From positions 2,167,216 through 2,231,215 of the forward strand of contig CAJINV010000002.1 in NCBI GenBank assembly GCA_905178155.1: 64,000 nt of DNA. Direction: 5' to 3'. This DNA comes from Amoebophrya sp. A120 (Eukaryota; Protista; Dinoflagellata). The notes beneath the pieces are model-generated. The model had not been told where the DNA came from, did no database searches, and was given only the letters and a program-made list of their open reading frames with translations. Positions 24,675-39,100 of the stretch are shown one piece after another. The first letter of the stretch is position 1, and each line of letters begins with the position of its first letter. The position numbers and the translations under genes were made by a program.

Positions 24675-27175
24675 TGATGTTGCTTTGCGTGTGAAAAAGA
24701 AGGGTGAATGCGAAAGAAAACGCGAGGGCCATGGAACTAAACAATTTCGATTTCTACTTCGGAAGCCGTCGTGTGGTCTTGTTCTCTTGCAGGTGTGCGT
24801 AGTGCTCTATCTAGCAATACGGGCACACAGGCACAGAAATAATGATCATGTGACAATTTGCCAATATCTTTTCGTCGTTCGACCTTCCTCCTGTTGTGAG
24901 CTGAAAAATTCATTGGGATTGCGCGATTGTAAAAAATGGTTTGATCGTCCATCCCGTGGTACTAGCGCTACGCATTTCTCAACATCAACATTTCCGCGGA
25001 GTCAATAGTTCTTCTCAACACGATCTCGTTTGTTCTGAAGATGGATCCCTGCGGTTTTCACAAATAATGTTACTTAAGGTGGAGATCCTTTTTCACTTCG
25101 TCGGATTCTAGATCCAGGATCGATGTTTTCGTCGCTACATTGATGTCTTGTACTGATCCCCGACTACAGAAGCCACACGAGCTTTCATCTCATCCTTCCC
25201 GACATTCATCTGGGTGGACGAGACGAGGCGGTAGAAATTTTTTGCAAGGTTCTGACACGTGACGAAACAGCTCCAGCTGGAGCTTACTTTATTATTTTTG
25301 AGTTTCTGCTATTTTTGTTTTTGACCATCTGCCTAGAGTGACGAAACGATTTTTGTCTAAGCATTTGCTACATGACGGTCACGATCACCAGGCTTTTCTG
25401 TAACACATTCCACCGACGATTCATTCGCACTTCTTCTTCTGGCCAGTGCTGCTCCACATGTAGTTGTACACGAGAATATGGGCAAGACATACATTGATTT
25501 TCAAGAACAAGACTAATGCGGCGGCAAGAAGTCGCCTGCCCTCAATTTCCTCCACAAATTCATTCTTGAAAGAAACGAATCTCGGTAAAAAATCAGGCGA
25601 ATGTGTTGTGCATGTGCTTTTGATTTCCCAAAAAAAATGAAAAAGCTCAAACTCCCTTTGATTTTAGGTTTATGTGAAACGGCAAACCAAAAACAGATAC
25701 GAGATCGGGAGCGCAACATAATCGAGAAAAATGTGCAACTTGTTGACCTCACGGTGAGAAGGGCTGCTTCTTGGAGCACATCGCGCTTGGTCATGATCTA
25801 CTTCCTGCTCCTCCAGTAATAATATACTTATACAGAATTTACGTTTATATCAACCGAAAATCAAAGTGCAAGTCTATGTAAAATCAAAATGAAAGTTTAA
25901 GGACGTCATTGTAGCCGGAGCGAACTGCGAAAAAGTAAGATTATAAATAATGTAATACGAAAAAGAATGCGAATAAAAACTGAATTGCCGCGAAAGCCTG
26001 TAGCATTCTTGTACAATTAAGACGAGACTTTCACCTGCAAAGACTTCCTCTGGTCATGCAACGAGAGGCGGTGTAAAGAGCCGTGGCGATAGTAGGACAT
26101 TAAAGCTGGCAGGTGCGCTGCAACTCCAACGGAGGGGGGAAGTCTAAGTCAGTCTATCTATCTATCGGGCGGTCGGGACTTTTAGGACTTTAGGCGGCAC
26201 GCCCCCTGATGGTGAGACACCACAAAGGCCGGGAAACCGCACGGGCTACGCATCGTTTCGTCCTGTTCAAAATTTCGGATCTCCGCTTATGTTTCACTTT
26301 CTTCCTTCTTTCAAATCGTGAACTTCTAGCGCGCTTGCTTAACTTTACTTTTGGCTTTTTGCTATGGTGCTTAAGTAGGCCACGCCGATCAACTAATGGG
26401 ACGAGTAACTTTGCTTTGCTAACTTCTACTTCATTCTACTTCTTGCAACTTGAAAAAAAAAAATATTTTTCTTCTTCTTCTTGTCCACCTGCTGAAGTTT
26501 ATTTGTTTTTTCAATACGCGAGATAATGTTTGATGTCTGGTCTACCAGGTTGATGCTTCTCCTACTCTTCTTTCGCCTTTAAAACAGGCGGTTGCAGAAT
26601 AGAGTTGATGGTCGTTTCCTGGTCCGGCGTACAAGTTTCGGGCTCGTCCTGGCACATGCCCCAGCGCACGCTTTTGCCGGGGACAATAAAAACCGTCTGC
26701 GATTTGCCGTCGGGACAATTGCCAACCTGCCTGCATAAAGGCTCCTGTAAAAATTTTCATTGAAACTTCGATCCAAGATATTTCAACGCCCTATTTTACT
26801 CGCTACGTACCCTGCTCTTTTTCCCCTTTCCCACCTCTCGTTAATATCCCTTCAGGGTGTATTATTTCGAGCATAAAACTGAAATGTACCAGAAAAAAAC
26901 ATCGGAGATCTACTTTTCGGCGGTTCATCTTTTTCACCGCTGTTACTTTTTTTCCTTGTAGCTGTCTGCTCGGACAAAAAAGTTGCGGCATCAGAATCCG
27001 TTTCTGTGAAAGGCTTGTACGCTGCAAGATACAAAGTCATTGCGAACAAGGAGAAGCCTATCTCTGCAAGAACAGGCGCTCTTGCACTCGCACTTAATTG
27101 CTTTCTCAAGGAAAGCACTACTTTGGCTGCAGCAGTTACTTACAGCCCCTCGTCGCCGAGCGCTGAAGTCCCGAC

Positions 27176-27743
27176 TTATTTGCGTGTCGTCCTCAAGCTC
27201 AACGCAACGTTCCCCAGTAGAATATGTATAGCGGTCTAAATGTAGGAATTAATGTGCTGTGTCGTCTTGTCTGTGTAATAAGAGTCCGAATTGATCTTCA
27301 AATATTAGTATATGCAACCAATCGATCATCTTCATCTCCAGTGCAAATAAAAAAGAGTTCTTCATACCTGCGCTTCCGTGGTGGTGGCCAGCATCTCCTT
27401 TGCCTCCGCCTCTTTCGAGACCTTGGTGGACCGGGCCTTCTTCTTCTTGTCCACCTGCATTTCAAGTAAATAGGGCAGATGATCAGACTTTCGTTCACGA
27501 AAAAGCAAAAAAACAATCATCACGTCGGCATGGATTAAGTTTAAGACGAAGCAGCTCACGAGAAGTAGAGGCTGGTGAATATTCGAAATAGAAGACAAAG
27601 ACAAGTACTAGCTGTTCTACCTGCAAAACAGCACTTCCCGACTTCTCGTTCCCCACCCACACGTGGGTTTTCGACGAGTCGATCGCTTCGGCCATCTGAG
27701 CCGCGAGCAGTTGCATCGCGAGGACGGTGGTCTTCTTCGGCAT
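27176..27743 (-). CDS. Small (~89 aa) three-exon hypothetical protein
   Basis: Exons 27743-27621, 27454-27368 and 27235-27176 join in frame via two GT-AG introns. Confidence 0.45.
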
Positions 27744-28796
27744 TTTTTCTCGTTGTGTTTGTTGTTTCGCTACAACAAAAACGGAGCAAACAAGATCAAA
27801 ACTTACTTCTGCCAGGGAAGATGAAATTTATCTACGTAGGTCTTGTGCGTGGACGTGGAGCTCTGCTACTACTTCTGCAGCGTTTTTGTGCTGTGTGTTT
27901 TATTTGCACCCGGCAAAAAAACAGTTATTTCCTGGATGAGTAAATTTAAAGTCGTGGGCATGATTTCATGTCTAGCAGTCGTTGTAGCGCGAAATAGTTA
28001 TACAACTACAATCTTCTGCATCTTCTTCATACACGTACAGAACGAGGACGTAGCACAGCTTTTTCAACAAGGGCTACGGCACCCGACCACGACTAGACGA
28101 CCAGGTTTATTAATTTGTACTTACAACTTGCAGAAACACCCCCAGACGAGATCCATGCTTTACGTCGTATTTCGTTTTCTTGCATGAAGCGAAGCAAGAA
28201 AGCTCAGTGACAGGACGTGTCGCTGCGGTTTTTCCGGTTGCAGTTGTAAAACATTGTGTGGACGACTACGACGAAGGCTAGAGCCACTACTACGAAATTC
28301 AACAAGGTCCGTGAAAAATTGGATTGGTGCTATACGTCGACGCAGCGGTCACGATATCATGTTAGGTGAACGCCGGGACAAGAACGATGGGGTTAAGTAC
28401 TTCCACCTTCTACTAACGTTGAGAAACGAAATGACACCAACGAGCACGGAGCGTTGTAAGAGAAAACAGCCGTAGAACGACACAACACGAATAAAAAATC
28501 CACGGGGCATGGGTGGTCGTGGACCAACCTACAAAACAACTGATGATAGATGAGCTCTACTTCAAACAACGGCAAAAGCTGCACGAGCAAACTACCTGGA
28601 GGCAGCACCAACATCACTGCCTGCACGTGTAATAAAGACCGACGCTCCTCGTCGTTCTTCTAAGGGAACAAGAACTGAGCGCACAGGTAAGTATACAAAT
28701 TTACCCTCGAACAGGTAGAGCTGCAAAAATCGCGCACGTTTGATTTTTTCTATACTATCTATGGGTTGTGAGCTCCAACTTGCTTCTCGTAGTTTA

Positions 28797-29192
28797 TCAA
28801 CTTTTGTTCATCACTTTGGCCATTTTCTCTTCGTCCCTCCGTCCCGTCGGGACACTTTGCTGGAAGTAATTTTTGGAATCCATTGCAAGCCCGACTTTGT
28901 TTTCAACATCCGCTGCGTTTTTACTTCGCACACCACCTCCTGCGCCCCCTAGCTCCGGTCCGAACCGCATGATCTCGAAGTGCCGCACCCAGGAGGGGAG
29001 GCACTTGGCCTCGAAGACACTCCGTTCCGCTTGGCATTTTGTTTGGTCCTCATTCTGCTCAGTGCAGCACTGGAAAAACGCGTCCCGACTGTCCCAACAC
29101 TCCTGCCGACTCCGCTGTTTTGTTGGGTTTTGCGAGGTGTTGTCTGGGACGGGTGGTTGCGGCGGCGGGCCGCTACTGGCAGTTGCCGGCAT
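28797..29192 (-). CDS. COA6: Cytochrome c oxidase assembly factor COA6 / COX6B-like twin-Cys protein
   Basis: RQECWDSRDAFFQC...KCQAERSVFEAKCLPSWVRHF (CX9C...CX10C). Confidence 0.8.
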   Translation of the reverse strand: MPATASSGPPPQPPVPDNTSQNPTKQRSRQECWDSRDAFFQCCTEQNEDQTKCQAERSVFEAKCLPSWVRHFEIMRFGPELGGAGGGVRSKNAADVENKVGLAMDSKNYFQQSVPTGRRDEEKMAKVMNKS

Positions 29193-30169
29193 CAGAAGCA
29201 GGTCAAAAAGAGGTTTGTGGACAAGACAAAACCAACACGACCGCACACAACCTCTCAGAAGATCATGCGGTACTCATATTCGATTCATCTTTTGCCAAGG
29301 CCTAGAAAGAAGAAGAACATGGTTGGCACCCTCAACTTCTACGATGATGCTGACCAAGTCGCGGCTACGCTATGAAGCTGTGGTGTACAGCGTACTACGT
29401 AGCTCTTCCAGCCGTTCCGTCGTGCTTCCCTGGCAAAAAAACGTTCCTGGCTTGGAGAAAGAACACGTCCTCGACCCAGCGAGCCCCTCTTGGCTGCACC
29501 TCGGTCTCGTCGTTCAGTGTCTTTTTTCCCGTGGTAAGTTTGTTTCTGTTTGAGAAAATGTTCTTTCATTCTAGTTGTAGTAAAATAAACCGCTGTCCAT
29601 GATAGAAAAGCTGAGGAGAAAAAACAACAGTTATGAGTCGTGTGCACTTCATTCTTTTGCAAAATCTTCTAACGGAAAGTAATTCAACATTGCTAGGCAA
29701 AGACAGGCTCCTGCCAATAGAGCTACATTGCAATATACTACCAGAAAAGAAAAACACCTCAGGCACTCACTCTCAGTGATGCTGAGTGTGGATGTTCTGT
29801 ACGTTTTTCTTACCACATTCATAACTGCTTTTTATTTGTGTTTTGCTATTGCTTGGTTGGACTTGGACTTGCATTCATAATCATGGTCTTTGATGTGGCT
29901 TACAACTTGGCAAAATGTGTTGTAAAGGAGCTTGGTCTTCCCAAACTACATTTGCATCTGTTTGTGTAGGTTACCAAGTAGTGACATCTATGGGATACAA
30001 GCTGAGTATGTACACGTAGAAGTTGAAGTATCAGAGAACTGACAAGGAGGACACTCACACATGAAATTTGAAAAGCAATCAGTGATACAACTGCACCCGA
30101 GCTTCAAGAATTCAACCCAGTACAGTCAAAATGCAGCCTCTTTATCAACCAAACCAACCAACCAACCTC

Positions 30170-33100
30170 TCAGTTGACAATCGCGGAGAAATCGTAGACC
30201 AGCGGCCCCACCTCGGCGACAATGTCGTCAAACTTCAATTCCTTTGCAAATTTCAACCGTTGCTCCAGATTCGTTACCGCGGTGCGCAGAAAAAGTTTCG
30301 CGCCCGTGGAGTAGTTGTCATTGCTCTGGTGGTCGGCCGCATGATGCGAACTCGCCGCGGCGGACGAGTGGTGAGCAGACATTTTTCCGCCCGAGGCGTG
30401 AGTTGAAAACCCAGCAGATTTCTTCTTGTACAAATCGATGGTCTGCTGTACCATCAGCGGCGTCAACTCCCGGGAATCGAGGAATAGCGCCAAGTAAATC
30501 AGATTTCGATTCACGATCACCTGTCGGAAAAGGCACTTTGCCCAGATCGAGACACCATCGTCGGTGATCTCCGAACTGGGATAATCAGCTGGTCGTTCTT
30601 CCGTCGGATGAAGTGCATCAGGCTCTTTGGTTGGCTTTGCCGCCGGGGTCGTCGTCGTCTCGTTCACGGAAGTAGATGCACCAGAAGAAGAAGAGGATGT
30701 GCCGCTAGTGGTGGCAGGAGCATTAGGTCGTGAATCTTGATCATGGAAGAGATCGTAGCCGCTGCCGTTGTTGCGCGAGGTGGTTCCGGTATAGGCGGAC
30801 ACCACGGTGTCCACGCAGAGATAATCGCAGTGGTACTCGCAAAAGGTTTCAAACTCCTTTCGCGTCAGATTCAACACTAAAAACGGATCTTATCAGGTGC
30901 AAAAACGTCACCACCCCAGAGTTGTCATGCAAATGCGCAATGACAAGAGCATCTGTAATGCGCATCTCGATGAGATGCATTTCCAGTCGTGTTTTGGCAT
31001 TTGTATTGCTTTAAACACCATGATAAAATGGCCCTCTCATGCGGCTTCCCTTGCTAACCAGCACAACACTGCAGATGGAAACTTGTCATGCACGATCCTC
31101 AAAGATTGGAGATTTGTGTTGCAGATTTACCAACTTGACTATGGGGTGGGGACGTTTTTTCTCAGCATAGATCTGCGTCGGAGATGGGCCGGAGCGATTC
31201 GATCATAGCTTTTTTGCTTTCGTGATTCATCTCTTCGAAATCGACGTCAGAACTAGCTGTAGTTGCACCGATGGAATTGGTCGCGGCACTGTTCTTCAGC
31301 CCCATCTTCTCTGCCTGCAACAGTTTCTGCATCAATCTCTTCGTGGTCGTGTTGCAGGACACTGGCTCGTTGATGTTCTCTTCCTTTTCTTGCTGTTCGA
31401 GAGTCGTGTTGTTCTTTTTCATGTTCTCGTCAGCGGTACCACTAGGCCCTCCGCCTAAGTGAAAGGATGCGGATGTCCCCGCCGCGTTGGAAGCTGTGCT
31501 TTTGTTTCCGTGTTTGGCCGACGTGCTTGGTGTACTACTTTCCGCACCGGTACTGCTCGCTTCCGAGTGGACTTCGTGGGAAGATGTCATCTCACCTCCC
31601 ACAGTCGAGGGATTCGCTCCTTGCTTTCGCTTGTTCTGGTGAAAAGATGAACCGGCAGACGACAATTTCTCATCCTCGTCTTCATTCTCGTCCATATCGA
31701 GAATCAAATCTGGAGATAGCAATGAAGGTCCGAAAGCGGAGGTGGTGGTGACGGTGCGGGAAGACTGTTCGCCTTTGTTTGTCTTATTTCCAAACTCGTT
31801 GTCGTCTCCGTCCAGTTTCATCTTTCCAGAGGCGTCGCTGTTCGTAGTTTCTGATCCGTCAAAAGAGTTGGCTCCACGCCGGCTCCTGCTGGCGGCGGCA
31901 TTTTTAGTGCTGTCCTGTGCACCATCTTTCTCCAGCAAACTCAGCGCTTCCTTCTTCTGCTCCGGGGAACGAGGGGCGAGAAGGAAATCTAATTCGTCCT
32001 TTTTGTGTCTGTTTCTGCTCTCGAGTCCGACTACATTAGGGCTGCGCCTTCTTATTTGAATGGTAGATGCTGTTTGCTGTTGTCCTTCGAAAGGGTTGTC
32101 ATCGCCCTCATTATCCGCTGTCTCGCCCACAAACAGGAAAGGCTGCTGATCTTGATCTTGTAGTTTGTCCTCTGCGTCAACATCCCCTGTGCCTGCTCTT
32201 TTCACCGGGGTCTCTAACCTGCTCCGCAAAGCATCGTTGTTCAGCTGCTGTTGACTCTGCTTCGCATAGTTGCTAGACGATGATGAATTTTCCACCACAG
32301 GAACTGCTTGTTGTTCATCATCTACAACGCTATTTCTATTTGATGCTGCTGTCAAAAAAGTTTTACTCGGCGTTCTCCCCAACTCGAAATCGTTCGGACC
32401 GACGGCATTTGAGGACGACGCAAACTCGCCGTGGTCTATGAAATTCATCTCGTCAACATCGTCATCACCACGACTTGCATTTTGGCTCCCCAGCAGTACA
32501 CTTCTTCGTGCTCGGTTCGCAGTCGCAGAGTTGGCGGCTAGCGGAATAATTTGCCCCGATCCGCCCATGGTGGAGTATTCAGCGCCGGCAAGGGAAAATG
32601 CGGAACTACTGTTGCTGTTGCTCATATTCATATTCTGCAACTGCATCATCCGAAGATGATTCGTTTCCTGCTTGAGAAGTTTGTTTTGCTGTTCCACCAA
32701 CATGCGTTCCTCTTTCTCCTCTTTCGCATGTTACAATGAAAAATGCCCTCACGCCGGAGTTTGTGATGCGAAGTTTCCAAATAAAAACTTTTTGTCATGC
32801 ATGAAGGGACTACGAATCTTTCTGGTGCAGATTCTAGTCGTATACAGCATCGCTTGCATGACAAGCGCCGCTCTTTCTGGGATCTTTCGCAATACAAAGT
32901 TTCGCTACTTAAGGTTGAAAATCTGTGATGCTGGTACATGCAAGATCGCGAGTGTTTCCATTGGAAAGGTTTGCAAAACAAATGCTCCCAAGTTCTGGAG
33001 TGGGGGCATTTTTCCTCACAATATCGCACTCCTCCTCTTCAGCATTTCCCGCTCTGCCTATGAGAGTGCACAACTCCACCTCCCGCCCCTCATTTGTATT

Positions 33101-36100
33101 GCATGAACAGCAATACAAACACCAGCATACGTGGAGCCTGTTCATGACAAATTAATTCATGCGCCTAGTGTAGTACTGTTTGGGCTTCCGAAATCTGTCA
33201 TCCACACAGTACCGCAGGAAAGCACTTGGATTTGGGCTTTTACATGACAAATGAGGGGGAGGGGGAGTTGTGCACTTTCATACCGCCTCCAACTCTTTTT
33301 GAAAAATCAGCCGGTCGCGCTCCTTCATCCGCTTCTCATCCGCCTGGTTTAACTCCTGCAACGCCACGGCCAAATGCACTTGAATCCCCTTCAACTGCAC
33401 GGAGATCAGAGCCGCGACACGGCAACACTCCAAGTGCTTCTCTAACCTCTCGCACAGCTCAAACTTCTTGCCCGCTTGCAGGAAGAGTGACATATCCTGT
33501 GCAAAAGTATCGTACTCGTAGTAATTGCATTTATGCAATACAAATCTCGTTCTCGAGGTAAAACAGCATTACAAATTCCATTTCCAATGCTGGGCTGATT
33601 TGTAATGCAATTCATACTACGTACGTTACTTTTGCAATGCATAGGACAAAATCAGCAACAAATTCCCCTCGTTTTCCTGGGAACAAAGCTCGCGCCAGTT
33701 CCGGGGGAGTTTCTTCAGTTGTTGCATACTATCGAATGCAAAAGTGTCTGGGTCTGGCAACTTGTAATGCTGCGTTGGGAATAGTGAATGCTCTGTAATG
33801 CACAGCCAAGCATGAGAAATATCTGCGCTTCTTTGTGTTGCGTTTTTCGCATGACAAGCTGCGTTTTTGCATGACAGGCAAAAGGGTATCTTCCTCGACA
33901 CGCGTCACAAACTTTTTGGTCATTCCAGACAAGCATGACAAATCTCGCAATCTTCCAGACCCAGACACTTATTTTGCATTTGATACATACCACGAGTATA
34001 CAGCAGCTCCGCGAGTTGGGAATTCAACTTCAAAATGTCCAGACACTGGACCAGGACCTCAAAGGGCAACGTTTTCCGCCTCTCCGCATCCTGGAGGAAC
34101 CTGACAAAAGCGACCCGTTGCATCTCGATGGTGGAGGTGATCATCTTATTTTGGTCGTCCTCGAGCTGTCGGGCGGAGGAGTGAGTGCTGTCCGGGCTGG
34201 AAGAATTGTCATCTTCGTCGGTGTTACTATGGTCTTCTACAGTAGGAAAGTCAGAACGACCCGGTGGCTGCTTAGGCTCGTCTCCTGCGGCATCAGCTTC
34301 GGTTGCTCTTGCTGTCGTAGTATTCTTGGAATTTCGTGCAGACGCAGAAGTAGTTCCCGGAGATTTATTGTCGCTCGTTTCCTGCTCGGTGGCCGCTTCA
34401 TTGGTAGTATCATCTACTTCCTCGTCCACACTAAACAACTCCTCTTCGTTTGGGTCCTTTGCCAATTCCCTTACGAAATCAAAAAGCAGCTCCGGCTTTT
34501 CCTTGCCCCTCGTTTGCACGAAATGCTTGAAGATTTCCGGTAGCGGTTCGGGGATGTGGTACAAGATCTTCAACAACACGTCCTCCATGTTTTTCCGCGC
34601 GTACACCTTTATCCGCCGCTTCAACAACTTCAGCACGGTCAAAAGGTGCTTCTGGTAACAGCCCGCGACAAAGCAGTGGTAGGCGAGAATCAGGAGCTGG
34701 CACTCGATTTCAAACCGCTTGTTCGGCTCGTGATTTTTGTCGTTGACACTTGTAGTTTCTGCAGTTCTTGTTTCATCGTCCTCATCATCTTCTGCAAGAC
34801 CATCCAGTTCTCCTTCTCGAGCGGAGAAATCATAGTCGGTTTCCAACGTCAAATATTCCCTGAAAATTAACCATCCCCATCCACTTTCTGCATGACAAAC
34901 ACAGAATTTTTGCGTGACAAATTGGATGGGGATGGTTAATTTTCAGGGGATATCGAACACGCTTTCACCGCCTCTTCCCCCAGTTTCTCCGGCTTAACCG
35001 ACAAGCGGATAAACGCTTGGAAGTCGGGGTTCACCGTTTCTGGCGGAAGGGAAATGACGTCGTCCTCTAATTCCCCGTCCGGGTTTGGGTACTCCGTCTC
35101 TTTCGTCCAGGGAGCGAGGCTATCAAATGCAAAAGTGTCTGGGTCTGGAAAGTTGGAACTTGTAATGCTAGCTTTACATTCCTGGGAAATCTGTATTGCA
35201 TAACCGACAAATAAAGCCGCACTCATTTACATTTTTGTCATGCAAAAACGCACGTTTCTCATGCGGGCTTCCTATGGGAAAATGCTCCGGAAAGTTGTCA
35301 TGCTGGTCTGCATTCGGAAGTGTTTCCATCATGCACATTTTAGCATCACAAGTTTCCAGACCCAGACACTTCTGCAGTTGATAGAGGCAGTCGTTCCCGT
35401 GGACCAGATTTTTCACGAAACGGGCGACCAGCATCTTTTCCAGCGAAAGCATTTTAGAAGTTGAGCCCGCGGCATCTTCGCAGCCCATAGATGAAGTTGT
35501 AGATGCAGGAGCTGCCCCGACGGCTGATGAACTGCTGGAGGTGCTGGCATTGGCATGTCTGTGTTGCTGTTGTCCAGCAACAGACCTTGCCTCTTCCTCA
35601 TAACCCTGCAGTGCCTGAGCACACAAATCCAGATCCGGGTCGAACTCCGCAAGAATTCCGTCGATTTCCTCCAAGAGCGATGATGAACTACTTGTAGACG
35701 TCAGATTGATCGGGGACGAAGAACCAGCTACGGACGACGACGTCATCAACCCTCCAGAGTTTATTTTCATCCTGCGTTTTTTGTTGTAGTTCAATCTCAA
35801 CTGCACCAACAACCGCTTCGCCAGCGGTGCCAGTAAGTGGTCCACGTCTTCACTGATCCTTTCCAGCGCTTTCGAGCTGGTGGACGACCCGACTAAATGC
35901 AATGCCGTGTCTACGTCTTTCCTACTCGCGAGCACATCCGGAGAAGCAAACGCGTCCGCCAGTTGCGAAGCCTTCTCGAGCGTGTCCTCGCGCATGAGAA
36001 GATTTGCATACGCCCTCTCCACATACGGTTTCAAAAATGCCGCCTGGTGCTGCCGCTTCTTCGAATTTGTTGCCGTGGTCGTCCTATTTGATGTCGCAGT

Positions 36101-39100
36101 AGAAGCCGACGTCGCGCGATCCCGGAGCCAGTCCTTCAAGGGGATCGCCGGCTCGCGCAAGAGCTTTTTGTCGTCGCCGGGGTTGCTAGTGTAGTAGTTC
36201 TGCTTCGACGGTCCCTTGTGGCCAGCTAAATATCGCTGATTGCTTTCTTGATGCAGCACGACAAGCAAGCAGGCTTGCAGGGTGGAAATAAACCGCGGAT
36301 TTGTAGAAAAGTCGCTTGGTGCAGATGATGACTTAGTACTACTAGTGCTGGCATTTGTTTTTGCACTTATTTTCTCCTGCTGCCCGAAACCAGCGAAAAA
36401 CTCCAGTGCATACCGGATCAACAGTGCCTGCTCGCCCAGCGTGAGCTCGTCCTCGAACTCCGTGGCGAGGTCAACGAAATAATTCCCGCTGTCTACAAAG
36501 ACCTGCTTCGCAGAAGTTGTGCTGGCGGTGGTCCCCGCTGGGAGGTCTCTAGTACTTCTGTAGTGAACTCCGTCGTGATGTCCTCCTCCTCCACCACCTC
36601 CGACGACACTCTCGTTCCGCTTCACAAACAACTTGTAAATCCTCTGCCATAGCAGATACCGCTCGGATGGAACGGCCCACCACACGCCTTCCCGAAATTT
36701 GGAAATCATTTCCTGCGCCTCTTCGTGTAAGATTAAATCCAGCGCGTTGTGGTCTCTACTTCTCGTGGGTGCAGTTTGAGGTGGTGGTCCACTTCCGCCG
36801 CCAGAGCCCTCTCCAGAGGTGGATGTCGTGGCACTACGACCTGATGTGTTAGATGCTGTACCAGCAGAACTACCTCCGCCTCCGCCCCCCGTCGCCGACC
36901 ATTCCCTCGCTTCGGGCAGAAGTTTCCGCGCGACTAGCAAATGTAAAAGGTCTTCTTCCTGTTGCAGCTGGGTTGGACTAATTCCTGATGGACTACTAGC
37001 TGCGGCAAAGGTCGTACTAGAAGCGCCATCGTCCATGGTCTGACCGTCGGTGGTTGTCTTCATTCCATTTCCAGAATGATCCGTAGCATGATTCAGAGGA
37101 ACTACTGCCTTTTTGAACCGGTAGTATCTTTCAAATTGCACAATCATCTCTGCTTGTGTTTTCTCATTGCCAGTGCCCGCCCCCTCCCCATCTGGCGAAA
37201 CAAACCCAGATGTTGAACTTGATGAGAAATAATTACTGCTGTTAAACTGGCCCGTCTTTTCCAACAGACAAAACGCCTGATAACTCCGCTCGTAGGTCGG
37301 GGAAAACACGCTGAGGATCCCAAGCAAGGGTCCGCGCGTCGGGATGGAGACATCAAGCAAAAATTCGCAAATTTCTTCGCTCAACCGCCACATCGAAGCT
37401 TTCGGGAAAAGGAAATGCCCACTGTGCTTTGGCTTTTGGTCAGGATGGTCCCGCCCGTGCTCCCCATGTCGTGGCTCCTCTTCTTGTTGACCTTGACACT
37501 GCTCCTGCATCGCTGTAACATATTTCCGCAAATACGCCTTCGCACTGTCGAAGCGGCACAGACTGAAGGCTTGGCAGAAGCGCACAAAATCCAAAAACGG
37601 GTTTTCGGGGTCGAAAATCTTCAAACCGCGCAAAATCGGCGTGAACAGCTGGGCTTGGATCAGAATCTGAAGATATTTCGCAACCTCTTCCACCGACCAG
37701 CGCCAGGGTTCCTGGAGCTTCTTCTCCTGCTCAAATTGGATCTGCGACCGCTTTTTCTTCTTGTTCGCATTCGTACCAGAAGGATTAGTGTTTTGCGACT
37801 GCAGACTGGTAAGCGAGAAAAGCTGCTGCAGTAACTGTAGATGCGCAGTGTTTTGTTGACCTGAGTGCCCCTGATGTTGAAGACCGCCGCCTTGCTGATT
37901 CGCATGTTGCGCAGAAGTGGAAGACGACACTCTCTGTTGTGCGGAGGAGAACCCACCACGCGGCCCTCCGGTGTTCTCAATCAGCCCGCGCGTCGCCGCC
38001 GTGCTGTTAGAACTACCTGGATTATACCCCGTGCCATAGCCCAAATCTGCGCCCCCTCTCTGCTGCTGTGCATGGGTCATGGTTTGGTGGTCCTCCTGCT
38101 CTCCACTAATCAGTTGCAGATGCATCTGCTCCGTGATGGGGTGCAGGGCTGAGGACCACAGGGCCGCTGCAGCTTTCTTGGTTCCGCCGGTGATTTGGTG
38201 GCTCGAGGTCTCGAAAAAGTTCGCAATGTCCACGTAAAGCCAAACGCTCAGACAGGACAGCAGCTCGTTTTTCGCAGCTGCTTGTTGTGCGGAAGATCCT
38301 GGAGACGCTGAGGGCGGTTGCTGCGCCGTGACACGTTCTTGAGGAGTAGTTTTGGCACTAGAAGCTGTTGCACTAGCTGCTTCTGACGTAGATTCGGATT
38401 CTGTTTTACTTGCTGTAGTTCCGTTTTTGTAGAAACAGGAGGCAACCACAGCCAGCCTCCCAGTCTTCGTCCGAACCGCATGCACTAACAGCTGGTGCCC
38501 CAGCGCGGCTGCGACTGCTTCGTCGTACGAGTTGTCCGAACTAGATGCGCTTGTTTCGGTCGAGTTCGTCACCGCGCGAGGACGGCCGAGGTTTTTCAGC
38601 GTGTTCCAGATCGACAAGCCGCTATTTTTCTTGCAGAAATGCAGGAAAAAGCCCAAAGCGCCACTCCCGCTGCCGTTTTGCGTTAGAAGGTTGCTGCTCC
38701 CTAGTAGTTGTGTCGCTGCTCCTGCTTCTGTCGCAGAAGATGATGAATTGTTTGTCCCGGTGTGTTGATCCCCAAGAATATCCTCATCAGATTTTTGAAA
38801 ATCCGCGTCCGTGATGGCATTGATGGCTGCCAGGGCGGCGCGAGTATTCCGAGCAGCCGCGTCGTCAGGTTGCACTCCTGCTCCATTCGTGCTCGAAGCA
38901 GCGACCACCGATCCTGCGGCGGCTGTCGTTCCACCCTGCAGTTTATCTTTGTCAGAAGCTCCTGTAGTTGATCCAGACGTCGTGCCTTGTTTGTTCAAAA
39001 ACGATCCCTGAATGACGATCCGCAAGTGCGACTGCAGTGCGAAGTCGGTGAAATAACCTTCCACCACGTCCAAAACTGTGTCGGGCGGGCACTCCTGCAC

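Noticed and set aside
26040-26240. GC-rich stretch with (TCTA)n and GGACTTT(T)AGG repeats; considered as ncRNA, telomerase template or spliced-leader relic
   Set aside because: No match to the dinoflagellate spliced leader or a clean telomere template, and no structure I can support.
26803-27743. SRP14-like call for the small gene
   Set aside because: Only a lysine-rich resemblance; the conserved SRP14 motifs are absent.
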